A DNA stretch of 64,000 nucleotides from contig JARFYF010000112.1 in assembly GCA_030265395.1 (NCBI GenBank), forward strand, positions 65,892,514 to 65,956,513, read 5' to 3'. Position 1 is the first letter of the stretch, and every line of letters begins with the position of its first letter. This document shows positions 38,310 to 51,860 of the stretch, piece after piece. The DNA comes from Rhina ancylostomus. Lineage: Eukaryota. The notes below the pieces were generated by a model that was not told the origin of the DNA, ran no database searches, and was given only the letters and a program-made list of their open reading frames with translations. The translations under genes and the position numbers were made by a program.

Positions 38310-38505
38310 CTTTTAATGTCACCCTCAAGGCAAATGAGATTTTTGTTTAACTACTCATTTAATTGATGACATCGCTAACTCTGCAGCACTCCCTCAGTAC
38401 TCTCTTAAGCTGTCAGCCTTGATTATAATGTTGAAGTATCTGGATTTGTCTCTGAGCCCGCAACCTTCTCCTAGTACTGAGGTTGCCACAATTAGCCCAA
38501 AGCTG
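38310..38505 (-). mobile_element. Deu-domain SINE (SacSINE1/AmnSINE1-like)
   Basis: 'tgcagcactccctcagtact...tgtcagccttgatt...caaccttct' matches the recalled reverse complement of the DeuSINE 5' half. Confidence 0.6.
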
Positions 38506-38944
38506 GGTGGAAAAGTTAAATTTCACTACCATGGTTTCAGCTTTTTAATTATTTTAATTAACTTGTAATTTTTGTGCCACCCATTCCCACTGCTTCTCTT
38601 TGGTATTATTTATTTGAATGCTCTTTATATCCTCAGCTGCTTTTTTGGGACTCTTGTTTTCCCCCAATTTAGGATTACTTAATATGCATCTGTTGGATGA
38701 CCTGGGACCTCAGTAATGATGAATGTGCTCTGTCATCAAATATTTCTATATGGTTGCCCTGTTATTTCAATCTGGGCTTTGACAACTGCTTTGTATAAAA
38801 TTGGATTACTTTTTGACTTTGCAAGAGTTATTTCTGGTTTTAAGCCTTGAGACTGCCTGTACTTTAGACATTCTAATCACTTTGTACTCCTCCATGCTTG
38901 TACTTTCTGATTTGGAGCAGTGTTCTTCTGCTTAACAATCCTTA

Positions 38945-39070
38945 AAACAAGAACAAGAAAATAAGAGCAGCAGTGGGCCAGAAGGCCCCTCAAGCTTGCA
39001 TCGCCATTCAGTATGATCATGGCTAATCTATGCAGGCCTTTTTTGTGCCAGTTCCCCATAACCCTCAATC
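38945..39070 (-). mobile_element. CR1-type 3' tail
   Basis: 'aagaacaagaaaataagagcagcagtgggccagaaggcccctcaagcttgc...ccattcagtatgatcatggct'. Confidence 0.7.
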
Positions 39071-39359
39071 TTGATTTTTCTCCTTGCTTTGCTTACTATC
39101 ATTTCTGTACTACCACCACCTCCCCTGTCACCTAACCTTCCATTCAACTGATTATTTCCCTGGCCAATTCCTGCTACTTTTCAAAACTACATTTCTTTTT
39201 CTGTTGTGTCACACTCATCTTCCTCATTATGTTCATCTGAGTTTCAAGCTAACGGGGTTGCTGCTGAAATAGAGTCATGCTATCTATAACTATTCTGATA
39301 TTTCCCTTGGCCAGTCTGTTTCATTAGAGCCAATCCCTTTAATTTCCTGGTATTGGCTT

Positions 39360-39720
39360 TCTTGAGTTAGATTACCTTTTGAATCTGAAGATTGTAGCTC
39401 CATTTAGTCCATATTCTGGGACAAGCAAACCCCTGTAGTCAAATGAGTAGAATAGTGGGGAATGTTGCTTTTTTTGAGTTGCTAATTTTTGGGTGAAGTA
39501 TTTGACCAACACTCAGTCTTCACAGATATCTTGCTTCATTGTCAGATATTACATGGAAGATGACATTTCCTGGAATGTTTAGCTACATTTTCTCCCTCAA
39601 CCAATCTGAAATGGATTGTGTGGTAATTTATTTAAATCTCGTTGCATGTGAATTGGTTGCTGTATCGGCTTGCATAACTATAATTACAGACACCTTAAAG
39701 CAATTTGTAAAGTAATGCTG
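39360..39720 (+). mobile_element. Degraded Deu-domain SINE
   Basis: 'gaatctgaagattgt...gggaatgttgc...tttctccctcaacca...gcatgtgaattggttgctg' appear in DeuSINE order. Confidence 0.45.
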
Positions 39721-40769
39721 CTGCAGGTACAGAGTTTAGCAGTTAACTTCTAACCCTCCATTGCTGTTCCACATTCACAATTACAGTTTTGACTGTTGGC
39801 TCATCCTGGAAGTGTACTTCTGGAGCTCACATTCTGAGCTAAGTGAATACATGGGTCACAGGTAACAATATCCTCTCTCCATGTGTTCACCACGTTTCCA
39901 TTCCATTAACTTCCCATTTCTTGCAAGTCCCCCACCTTGCTCTGCATTCAAAGTCAATTTCCTTCACTTATCATTCTTCCTTCAGACAATGATCTGTTTT
40001 AACTTGCACCATCGCCTGTTAACCATATAGCATTGAGGTCTTGAGTGTTTTTTGAGTGGGTTTCCTTCAATTACTTCCTAATCTTCCTGGCTCATGCTCT
40101 ACCATCACATTACTTTTGAAGATTGATTGCACAAGACACAGGCCAATATCTGATGTTGGTCCTTAAAGATTTCAGAAGGATTCTTCTTGATCCTTGACTT
40201 CTGACAAAAAAGTCAACTGAAGAGGCTGAGTTAAGTGCTAAAGTTAACACTGAGAATGGTTTTATTTATGAAGAGGTCCAATAATTAAAGATATTACCTG
40301 ATTTTCAATTTATCATGCAATCAAATCAATGGTAAAATATGTATTTTAAGAATCACTAACATTTTGATATCTGTATTTGTTGTTGATTTAAAATGATTGA
40401 ACTCTTATACCACTGTGGCAGCTTGAAATGCTCATAAGTAGTTGTCTCTGGGAGATGCTGGATGGAGGCATTGTAGCAGCACCACTAGTTGGAGAGTATA
40501 ATTACAATCTGGTTAGTTTACATTGGGTGTTTCCATTAACATGTTGATATAGGAATTTGAAATGCAAACTACTATTGCATAAGTGTGATTTTTTTTAAAA
40601 GCTTAACAACAATTATTAATGCTTAAAGGACTGGAAATGTGCAGAGATAAGTTTGGTACAGTACAGATCTATGTAAATTGAAAGCATTAGCTCTGCATAG
40701 TGCCCACTTTTACTGACCTGAGGGTGAAAGGAGAAATGTGCAAAGCCATCCACCTTTTGAATATTTTTC

Positions 40770-41085
40770 GTAGTCTGAGGATTTGCCAAAGTGCTTCACA
40801 CTCTTTATGAATAGGCAAGCATGACCCTAATTTTTATGTTGCCTTATTCCATTAAAATACAGTGATAAATGATGAGCTGATTCATTTTAGTGGTATTGTT
40901 AGAAAATAGTGGATTACCCTGGGTTGTCTTTGAATAGTGTGTTGGGGATCTTTTGCATTCTGTCAAGAGATGGATTCCCAGTTTAATGTCTCACCAGCAA
41001 AACACTCATTTAAACAACAAAGCACTCCTTTGCAACTTGGATCAATTGACTTGAAAGTGAGAGTTCTACTACTGAGCCAATCTGT
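40770..41085 (-). mobile_element. Degraded Deu-domain SINE
   Basis: 'ccaaagtgcttcac...ggatcttttgcat...gtttaatgtctca...agcactcc...gagagttctactactgagcca'. Confidence 0.5.
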
Positions 41086-42604
41086 GACCCAGTCCTTTGA
41101 CACCATGTGATTATCAAATAACACAGTTAACCATCTGGTAACATTTTGTTGTGCATAGCCAATGATTGCATATTAACCCTGTCTGAGAAAATTTGGCCTG
41201 CTTCTAGACCAAATCTGTGTCTAAACTCTTGCTTTTTGCTGTAAAGAGAGAGGTGCTTGGCCTGACGTAACTTCAGCTGGGATCAGGAGGGAAATGGTTT
41301 ATCAATATGTAATATTGCCTTTGATTTGTAATGACAGCAAAATTTTCAGAGTGCTCCATTGTCACACTGAAACTGATTGCAACTTCTGAGATGCACTTGT
41401 GGTTTAGTGGTGTTTCTATGTTCCTTCAAAGGGTCCACATTTTTGCAGCACCAGCCTTCAGTTTGAAAGTTGGGGTACAGATTGGATGAGGTGTAAGTGG
41501 ATTTTTAATGGTGAACTAAACCATCATTAATACTTGACAAATGTCTGACTCTAAGTAAAAAATGTTTGTGGATTGGAATTCTTTCAGGTAAATATTTTAA
41601 AATCTAATGGATTTTCTTTTTTTCCTTGAGCAAAAATATTTGAAGTTTTTATGTCAATACAAAGTAATTGACAGAAGTTCATGTATAATCTTAGTTAAAA
41701 TTTGTGTTTTTGCTTCCTGCTTGCTTTGTGAGAATTCTTCAGTGAGATGATCTGTTCAGCCAACATGATGATGATGTTATTTCTGGATTCTATGGAACCC
41801 TTCCACTACTGATTGACAACAGGAAACAAAGGAAGTCCACAACATGCATTACTGGACCTTTGTGGGTTGGTTTCTTCCTGATCAGTGATGAGTGACATCA
41901 CTTCACTTCTGAACACAAAAGAAAAATCCTTGTGACCAGTGTTTCCTTGGCTGTAGTAAAGAGCAGTCAGGAATAGAGAACAAATGCTTGTTTTGCCGGT
42001 GATACCTATTGCAGAAAAAAATAAAATTGATCTTGTCCATTGGTTATTATGCATTTTGGCCACTGTGTGGTGCTGTTTTACTTTTTTTACTTGTTGGTTT
42101 TATTCCTTGGTTCCAAAATTTTTTAAAATGTTGAAAGCTGCATATTTCAGTATAAATACAGAACATTTTTTTTGCTACCCACATTCACAGATCTCGATCC
42201 TCCATCTTCACGAATATCAAATTTTAAGTCTCTGTTCTTCAGTTTGGGCTAGTGATCCATCATCAGTTCAGAATGTTAACTCTGTTTTTATTTTGTATTT
42301 CCAACATCTGCAATACTTTGCTTTGAAATATTTGGTCTTTGGTAGCCTGCTGGTCACAGTAGAACCAAAAACTCTAAGATACTGCCTCTGGGCCATTTTA
42401 TCAGTTTGTGGCTGGATTATATTATTTAAAAATGTTCATTACAAAATAGTTATGTAAGGTACTTTTAGTCATACTATTAATGATATTGACCAGAAATTGG
42501 AGTGCAATGTTAGCATGTCTCCTTTTCATTACTTCTGATTATGTATTGATTGGGCTGTTGAATTTGAGGGATTATTGTTCAGAAAAGTCTTGTTTTTTTA
42601 ATTT

Positions 42605-42700
42605 TTTATTTACAGCGTGGGAACAGGCCCTTCCGGCTCAATGAGTCCATGCCGCCCATTTTAAACCCAAATTAACCTACCCGTACATCTTTTCACATGT
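42605..42700 (-). mobile_element. SINE 3' end with CR1-derived tail (HE1-like)
   Basis: 'gaacaggcccttccggctcaatgagtccatgccgccc...aattaacctacccgtacatcttt'. Confidence 0.55.
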
Positions 42701-42742
42701 TTGACAGTCTGTGAATGGGTTAATGTTTTGTATGTTAAAGCA

Positions 42743-43109
42743 CAGTATAACTTCATTTATCTGGCAAGGTCAGGACTTTGCTGGACAAGCAGATTTTCTG
42801 GACTATCGGATTTTATTTTACAAATGCTTCAACATGCTCTTTATTTTTAAGATGTTATGTAGTAAAATTCCAATGAACCTGGTAAGCTTCAAGAGGATGT
42901 AGCTAACAGAACCAAGTGAGTTTTAAAAGAGTGCTAAGCTTTAGTGAGTGGGAGTTGGGGACTGGGGGCCCTGGCAGGTGGACTGGGAGTGGTGGAATCG
43001 GGGTTCTGGTGAGTCGATGGGGAGTACAACAAACGTTACCTGATGAGCCAGATGCAGAACCCTTTGGGATTTCCAAATTGTTGGATAGTGGATTGTTGAA
43101 GTTTTACTG
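42743..43109. mobile_element. Tc1/mariner-type MITE
   Basis: TIRs cagtataacttca / tgaagttttactg match at 12 of 13 positions. Right flank is TA; left flank is CA (mutated TA). Confidence 0.65.
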
Positions 43110-45644
43110 TAAACAGCACTTCTCTGCTATTGAACATAAATCAGCTCATGGATATAATGCACAAAGATGTATACCAGTTGAATATTTGGTAGATTTTCTT
43201 TACTGGATTGTTGCATAAATATTTAGAAATGTCTTGTACTTTTTACCTCTCCTGCAAACCATAGATAGTGTAATGATTCTCAAATGGTCTAAAGTGACAT
43301 TTCAATATTTTGATTGTGGTGTAAGTTTCATTATCTTGCTCTGTTTTAGAACCTGTATCAAGGTAGAGCTGTAAACAAATGGGGATGGCATTTTGCATTA
43401 CATGATTGTAAAATGTAGTTCCATTCAACCCATCAGTCCACAATTGTAGAGCAGTTCCTAGGCCAGAATAATATTTATTTCTAATGATTTGAGAGTAGGT
43501 TTGTATTGATCTCAAGCTATAAAGCCTTTAAGAAAGTTAACTTCTGATTTGCATGTTACATGTTGCAATAAACTGTGTACCTTTTGATATTCCTTTTTTT
43601 TAAAAAAAAAATTGTGAAATTCCCTTCTGTCATTTGGCAAATGTGTATATTTGAGAAATTGGTTTATTTGTTTCTAAAACTGGTGCAGGTTTAAACCTCA
43701 ATCTGCAGTACACTGAACCATTTGGATTGTAGGGGATCAACTGGAGGGTTACTTTTAGAAAATAGAAATTCCTTTATTACTCTTTATTGCTGTGAGCATT
43801 CAGAATGACAAAATTGCAGAAGCGGAGTAATGTAGACAACTGTTGAATTTTGTATAATTGCAGTTGGACACTAGTTCCTATTTGGTTTAAATGTTTGTTG
43901 GTCTTGATATATCTGTATTGAAATTCAGGCCATTCATGATGCCCATAAACATGCCAACCATTGTATTCAGTCATTAATTGCTTTATTTCTTGCATTGTGA
44001 TCTGTGAATTGCACCAAAAAGACCTAATATTTATATTGAACTTGGCATCTGTAATCGTATGCAAAGCAGTGAGATTGAAATGTCTGCATTCATATTTGAT
44101 TGACGTGTAAAGGTCACCTAGTATTTCTTTCACACAAATCTCCTGAGGGTATGACTGCAACAGTTCTTTGTGCAGCAATATTTCACTGTTGGCTTTTGAC
44201 TTACCAATCCATTTTTTTTTTGTAAAGCTTGCAAAGAATTAATGTAATTTAATGTTGTTGTTTATGAATGAGCCATCAAGGCTGCTTAGTGATTTTTGTC
44301 AGGTACACATTTGAGGAATTGTATTTGTGGTCATTTAATGGACAACTGAAGTTTAGTTTTATTGTGATAGTGATTAGATTTTGTTTCTGCCATGTGCTCA
44401 CTGGCAATTTCATTATTTATGTTACTCTGCAACAGAGAGATTGAATTCCAGTCTTGGGTGGGCTTTGAATTTTGTTCCTTAGGCAAACTTCCAATGTAGA
44501 AAATAACATGGCCTTTCAAATGGGAAGTGAAATATAGTGGAAAAATTTTCAATGTTTAAACAGCAAAATGGGTGCCAATGAAACATCTAATTTTTTTTTA
44601 TCTTGATGCATTATCAGAGATTTGGGGTGGGGGGTAGGAGGGGAAATGTAGCATAAATTCATTGTAAATATGTTTCTCAAATTGCTTGTAGCAACAGAAC
44701 CTGTTAGAAATATGAGAAAAGAAAAATAAACATCTTAAATGTTTATATTACAGGAGTTGAATTTGCCACTGTTTTGTTTCTTGTATTTAAATGTGTTAAT
44801 TGTGTTAAAATAGAAACCTTTTAAAATGGAACTTATTCCTCAATATTTTCATTTCATCTTCCAGCTGCCCCTCCCTTTTTTGTTGTTGACCTCTGGTTGC
44901 TATCCTGATTGAAAGCAGTTAATTTCATAGTTGGGACTTGGTACAGAGCATGAGGCTGTGGACTTAAGTGGCAGCAAAAACTTTGAACACCTTAACTTGG
45001 TTCAGTAGAAAGATTAGACTGTACAGCCGCAAAAGTCTGTTTTACCATTTAATTTGAGTATATTGGTAGATAAAACAGGAGCCATGTATACCCAAAGGTT
45101 GAAATAAACATGTCAATAGGATGTGAAACTTCCAAAGTTTTATTTGTCCCCTGGCTCTCCATTCTAAAGACTGAGCTAATAAGAAACAAAATGAATAGTA
45201 CAGCAGGGTAAGAGTAAATTTAAGAGAAAATCTGGGATGTTGCAAAGATCTTGCACTTACTCTGAAAACAGCTAGAATTCATAAGCATAAAAAACTAGTA
45301 TTTTTCCAATGGGAAATGAAATGGGTGAGGCAGATTCTTGTCTGATCTTTACTTGAGATCTTTAATGGCATTGTTTTGTACAGAGTTATCTTCCTATCTC
45401 TGGCTGTTCTGGTATGTTACCCAAGNNNNNNNNNNATGATACAATAATGCACTGTTTTCCTTTGCCACCTCACTGTTGCATTTTAATTTGAGGATTTTTA
45501 AATAGTTGCACAGTGATTTTTTTTTTACTTTGGCAACACTCCCAATAAATCAGGGAAAATTTAGACCTATCTAGGTGAACTGTAATGGTGTACATTTTGT
45601 TTTATCACTGACACTTGGCTCATAGGCTGACATCCTATTTTTAG

Positions 45645-46100
45645 AATCATAGCATTGAATAGCAGGGAAACAGGCCCGTTGGCCCAACTCATTTATGCCA
45701 ATCAAGGTGACCTTACCTATGCCCCTCATGATTTTATACATCTTTAAGGTCTCTCTTTGGCCTCCTTTGCTCCAGGGAAAACAATCCTGGGCTACCAGTT
45801 TTTTCTTTTTGTTGTATCCAACTGGCTAGCTCACCCTAGATCCCATCTGATCTGACCTTCTGAACCATCCTACCTTGTGGGGCTTGCTAAATTCCACTTG
45901 GGTAGTGTCTACTGCCCTGCCCTCATCAATCCTTCTGGCCACCTCTTCAAATATGTGCAAAGCCATACTGACTTATCCCTGATCTGTCCTTGCCTTTTCA
46001 ACTGTAGATAGATCGTGTCTCTCAGAATCCCCTCCAGTAGCAAGCCCACCACTGATAAGTTCTAATTCCCTGGCTTATCCTTGCAGCTTTTATTTAAGAA
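45645..46100 (-). mobile_element. CR1-type LINE, internally deleted fragment
   Basis: Tail 'agaatcatag...gaaacaggcccgttggcccaac', followed by pieces of ORF2 on the reverse strand. Confidence 0.7.
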
Positions 46101-47511
46101 AAGCATTACATTAGTGATTGTGTTGTGTGAAATTGATCTAAATGGGTGGATTGTTTGAAAAATCTGTGCTAGTACAACAAAGTGATAAGGCTTGTCACTG
46201 ACTTTGAAGAAAGCTGCCCACATAAATCTCCTGATGTGCATTTCCTCTTATTGCTAACAGGTTTAAAGGATTGTTGATATTCAGAAATGATTTCATTAAC
46301 TAAGCTCATTAACCAATTGCATTGGAAAAACAAACCAGGAAGTGAAAAAGCTTTTTTAACAAACTGTTTAACAAAGAATGAAATTAAGTTCGGGACGGAT
46401 AAATGAGGTAAAAGTTGAAATTTTGCATCAATTTATCTAGTTTGGACTATATTATGACATGGCAGTGTCTAGTTCATTGTCAAATATTGTGGTGGATATC
46501 CCTGTAGGGAAACCTAAAGGTAATTGCTGCACAACATCAATGATTTAAATGTGTGCTTTATCTCTTGGCCCATTGATTAACAATGTTGTTTGAGCTTGCT
46601 TAAAAAATGGACAACTAATGCCGGTTACTTATTGTAAAAATATTTAATAAATATTGAAGCTTAATATTATATTGACCTTTTAAATCTCTCTGAAGTTTCC
46701 TCTTTTAGATGGTTACATTAGAGTCATTGGTAAAAGTCAAAGGGTCAAATTGTAGTCATGAATTGATGGTATTATGTAAATTTGAGCTTGATTTGAATGC
46801 TATAAGGAAACTATATCAAACTAGCTTATTAGTATACTGTCCCAGTGTTGTCTATCCAACAAAAGAACAATTGTGCATTTAATTCAGCTATACCAGCTCA
46901 TTTCCCAAATGTGTTCTTCAGAAAAATTATCAGATATAACACCAATAGAAGTAGATAATTTCTAAATGTTGAACTCCCTGGATCTGCCACTTTTGTGAAG
47001 TCAATTGCTAATTTGTTGGGTGTGGATTAGAGGAAAAATCATTGTCACCGAATTTCCAGAAAAGCCAATTCTGACAAACTTTTCATAGTTCAATAAGTAT
47101 TAAATGGAGATTCTCACAGTTTAGGAATATAGAAGGCATTCATTTTATTGTTCACTTAGATCATATTTGATCTGCATTTCAGTGCTTGATTTGGCTGCCA
47201 GGACAATTGTGCAGAGTGAAGGAATAAAGCCTGGAATTGGATTTTATTTGCATAGATAAATTAAAAGAAAACCTAAGAATTGATTTGCATAAAATTTATT
47301 TAGACATTATTGTAATAGAGTAACAATTGGTCTCTGCATCAGAAATAACTTAACCCCTTGCTGTGCCTTTTGCTGGATAATCTACTAATGTGTGCCATTT
47401 GAATAACAGCGAGGTTATCACTGCGCCAAATATATTGGAAGAAATTTAACAAGTGATTTCTGTAATAAATAATTGTATAATTTTAAAATGGAAGTCCTAA
47501 AGTGGTTCAAT

Positions 47512-47710
47512 AACATAGAATACTACAGCACAGGAATGGGTCCTTCGGCCCATGGTGTCTATGTGGACCATGATGCCAATCCAAACTAATCTTGTCTGCA
47601 TGTATGTGGTCTACATCCCTCCATTCCTATTCATTCGCCTGTCTAAATGCATCTTAAACATTGCTATTGTATCTGCTTCCACCACTTCCCCCAGCAGTGC
47701 ATTCCAGGCA
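47512..47710 (-). mobile_element. CR1-type 3' tail
   Basis: 'aacatagaatactacagcacaggaatgggtccttcggccc...gtctaaatgcatcttaaac...gcagtgcattccaggca'. Confidence 0.8.
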
Positions 47711-48034
47711 CAAATATTAATACAAGTAACATGAAATAAAGTTTAGATCTTTAAGATATTAAGTATTGCTATCAGTTTCTGTTTGTAGTGTAATTGGCTT
47801 TATTTGATTCCACTAGGTGGAGTGCAATCTTAAAAAAATTACAAGTTATTGTTCATTACTGGTATTTCCTAATTTTGACCAGTTTACAAAATTTGAGCTT
47901 GCTTCTATTTAGAAGTGTTTATATTTTCAGCTGGGAGACCACTACAGGAGTTACTTTAGGATTGAGTCACTTAAATTCTTGCATGATGTGTTATCTCATA
48001 TTTGCAAATGTCTTGCAATTACTTTTGCTTGTGT

Positions 48035-49760
48035 TGGAGAATACCCAGGACTGTGGTCCTTTCAGGAATTTTAGCCTATTGATTCCAAGAGGGGACAAGA
48101 ATGTGGAGAGTCCAACTGGAAGATAGAACATACTGGACCTATTTTTGGGAAATAAGTCAGGCCAGGTGATAGACCTGATAGTGGGTGAGCATTTTGGGAA
48201 TAGTGACCTCAATTCGTCATGTTTTAATATGGTTATGAGTAAGGATAAAATTGGATTTTGCGGTACGGTGCTAAATTGGATGAGGGCAGATTATGACAGG
48301 ATAGAACAGGAGCTAAGGGGCATTGATTGGGAGCAGCTGCTGTTGGACAAGTCCATGTCTGACACCTGGGAGTTGTTTAAAGGCCAACTGATCAGAGTTT
48401 AGGATCTACATGTTCCAGTTAGGACAAGGATGGTAAGGGAATCTTGGATGACCAGAGAGGTCTTAACTTTAGTCAGGAAGGAAAAGGAAGGTGTAGGAAA
48501 CTAAAATCAGACTAGGTCCTTGTGGAATATAAAGATAGCAAGAAAGTGTTTAAGCAGTTGATTAGGAAGACCAAGAGGCCATAAAATGTCCTTGGCGAGC
48601 AAGGTCAAGGATAATCCCAAGGCATTTTATACTTTTATTAAGAAAATGTGGATAACTAAGGGGTAGGACCACTGAAGGATAAAGGAGGGAATTTGTGTTT
48701 GGAGTCAGAGCAAGCGGCTGAGGTACTAAATGAGTACTTTGTGTTGGTATTTACTAAGAAGAAATTGGAGGATAGTGAAAACAGTGGGGCATGCTAATGT
48801 GCTGGGACATTTTGAGATTGAAGAGGTAGTGCTGGGTCTTCTGAAAAGCATTAAGGTGGAGAAGTTCCCAGGGACTGATGGCATATATCCCAGAATATTG
48901 AAACAAGCAAGTGAGGAGATTGCTGGGGCTTTGTATCTTTGTGTCCTCACTAGCAATAGGTGAGGTCCCAGAGGACTGGAGAGTAGCAAATGTGCCTTTG
49001 TTCATGAAGGGAAATGGGGATAATTGAGATCATTATAGGCCAGTAAGCCTCATGTCAGTGATAAGGAAGCTATTGGAGGGCGATACTGAGGTATGGTATT
49101 TGCACCCATTTGGAAAAGCATGGCCTGCTTAGGGACAGTCAGCATGGCTTTGTGTGGGGCAGGTCATGCCTTATAAACTTGATCAAGTTTTTTTTTGAGA
49201 ACGTGACAAAGGTACTTGAAGAGGATATGGCAATGGAATTTACCTACATGGGCTTTAGTAAGACATTTGACAAGGTCCCTCATGGTCGGTTGATTCAGAA
49301 GATAAAGATGCAAGATTGCAATTTGCAGATGATGCCAAGATTGGTGAAGTTGTGGACATTATAAAGGAATATCAAAGAATACAATGGGATTTAGATCAGT
49401 AACAGAGATGGGCAGAGAAGTGGCGGATGGAGTTTAATCAGGGCAAATGTAAGGTGTTGCATTTTGGGAGGTCAAATGAAAGTAGAAAGTATAAAGGTAT
49501 TGAGCCCTTAATAGCATTGAGGTACAAAGGCATCCTGGGGTCTGGGTCTATAGTTCACTGAAAGTGAATACATGAGTGGATAAATAGTGGAATCAACAGT
49601 TTGGTAGAGTTAAGAGGCCTTTGGATAGACATATGAATATGTAAGGAATGAAGGGATATTAATAATAAACCAGGAGGAGGACACGTAGTCTAAATTGACA
49701 TCAAGGTCAGCACAACATTATGGGCTGAATGGCCTGTCCAGTACTGTTCTGTGTTCTAAT
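48035..49760 (+). mobile_element. CR1-type LINE ORF2 remnant (end of APE, tether, RT with internal deletions) plus 3' tail
   Basis: 'GNKSGQVIDLIVGEHFGNSDLNS', 'LLKSIKVEKFPGTDGIYPRILK', 'LLRDSQHGFVWGRSCLINLI', 'FSKTFDKVPHGRLIQK', 'tttgcagatgatgccaag' (FADD), and tail 'gggctgaatggcctgt'. Confidence 0.92.
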
Positions 49761-49879
49761 TCCCCTTGTGCAAGTCATTCGTTTTAAGAATTTTTGAAAT
49801 CTGTGTGGTAAAGCTTTTGTTTCGAAAACATACCAAATGACGAGTATTGGAATATCTACTATTATATTGACTTCCAGAA

Positions 49880-50590
49880 GAAATCTAATAATTGACAAGT
49901 GAAGTTCAATACAGAAATGCAAGCTAATATATTTTTGTATGAGGAGCAGGGAGGTCACTTATTACTTGAAGGTACAAGTAAGATGAGGTGGATGGACAAG
50001 GGATACTGAGAATTAATACAGAAGTCTCAAAAGTTTTGCCACAGAGTAACAAGGCCATTTTGCTTATAAAAGAAGGTGGATAGTTTTGATGTATTTACTA
50101 GGAGGCTGGATGGGCAAATGAGGGAGTAAGTAATAGTATTATGCTGATAACTTAGATGGAAAAAGATTAGAGGTTCGAGCAGAGCACAAAAGCCATGAGA
50201 ATTGATGGGTCAAACAGCCTGTCTCTGTGCTGTATATCCTATGTAAATCTGTCATGAGAGACTGTTGAATTTAAGCAAATTATTGACCTAACTAGGATTT
50301 TGGCTGAACACCTCCAGGATACAGAAAAGGGAGATGATGGGAGATGCTCAAATTAAGTTTGACTCTGATCTTGCAAAGATGTATTGTGGGTGCTCCAAAT
50401 CACCTGATTAATGAACAACTGAAATGTTTTGAAAGAAATACCCAAGTATGATGATGCATAATTGGGTTGTATTGTAAAAAGTATAAGTGGAACCATTAAA
50501 TTCCAGAGATTTACTGATTGGTCAAAACTCTGGCAAATGGATTTTGATATGGACAAATGCAAAGTCATCACTTTGAATCAAAAAATATCT
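49880..50590 (+). mobile_element. Older CR1 fragments
   Basis: Tail 'tgggtcaaacagcctgtctctgtgctgtat' at ~50210; RT piece 'tggcaaatggattttgatatggacaaatgcaaagtcat' (WQM.F...KCKV). Confidence 0.6.
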
Positions 50591-51544
50591 ACTTTCTAAT
50601 TGATTATATTAAATGTATCATAATTAATTCTAATATACTTATAACTAAGTATAATTAATTAGACATGGAAAGCCCAAAGAAATATGCTTTTTATCCAAAG
50701 GCCATTTGGGTTCTTGTTGTCCAAGATGTTTTAATTTCTGTTCTTATCATTCTGGGGAAAAATGAGCTAGAGATCATATCTTCTGAAAAGAATCAGATGT
50801 GAATCCTTGAAATAATTCTCAGGTTTAACCAGCCAAATGCATAAACAATGGTGTTTTTTAAACTCTCAAATTCAGACCAGTGCAGATGTATTTCGTTTTA
50901 TAAAAAAATACAATCTAATATCAAAATAGAGGTGGTAGAGTAGACTGAGTGCATTCCAGGCAAAGTACTCCCAATTCCCACAAGGAATAAATAATGCAAG
51001 TGACAGCAGAGTAATAAATTTATTTAATGGTCCATACCCTTATGAGTGGCATAAAAGCAAAGCGCTAAGCTTCAGTAAAACATTGTGACAGCCAGCTTTT
51101 TTTCATTCTTCAGCAAGGGTGTAATGTATATGACCTGCAGTTGATACATTAATGCTAAAAGGCTCTTGGAAGATGGCAATGCAAAATTCATAAGATAATG
51201 GAATTTTTAATCCATCATAACAGGGAAAGGTGATACTAATGCTCGGCATCATTGCAAGACAGTACATCTTCCTCACTGTGGTTTAAAGTAAAATTAACTC
51301 TAAAATGCCATTAGTATTGACAGTAGTGGAGGATTTTTTCCAATGGAGTTAGCATATGTTATTAACTATTCTGGTGTACAGTTTGCAATACTGCTCCTGG
51401 ATCACAAAGTGTATTAACAGTTCTTTAAAGTAATCTGTGCTGCATCTAAAAAGGAATTTTATGGGGTAGGTTTGCAATGCTTGTTTACATTTAATCATTG
51501 TCACCATTGCAGATTAAACATTAGCAAACCATGGTAAACTTTCC

Positions 51545-51860
51545 CACTTCTGACCTCATGATGGACAAATAGGTCATTGGTGAAGCAGCTGAGAATGTGT
51601 GGGCCTAAGGCATTTTTCTGAAATGCCCACAGCAGTGGCCCATGTTTTTGATTGAACAACCACAGACATCTTCCTTTTGAGCTGGATTTGACTGGCTGGT
51701 GGAGTTTTCACCCTGATTTTTTTTTTCCTCTTGGCTTTAATTTTGTTTGGTCTTGCAATCAAATGCTGCTCAGAAGTTGAGAGTAGTCATTCTTTTACAC
51801 CTGAGATTTAACACTCTTATCCATGTTTGGACAAAGGCAGTAAAAACCATCAAACTGAGA
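51545..51860 (-). mobile_element. Old LINE fragment (family of 6065 and 12075)
   Basis: 'gggcctaaggca...ccacagacatcttcctt...tgactgg...ggagttttcaccctgatt' parallels 13350-13510. Confidence 0.5.

Noticed and set aside
41765-41881. C/D-box snoRNA candidate (ATGATGA...CTGA) in the SIAH2 intron
   Set aside because: The C box lies in an ATG microsatellite, there is no convincing terminal stem, and I recognised no rRNA guide.
41984-42457. 157-aa hydrophobic ORF
   Set aside because: T-rich intronic sequence that includes a repeat fragment, with no domain similarity.
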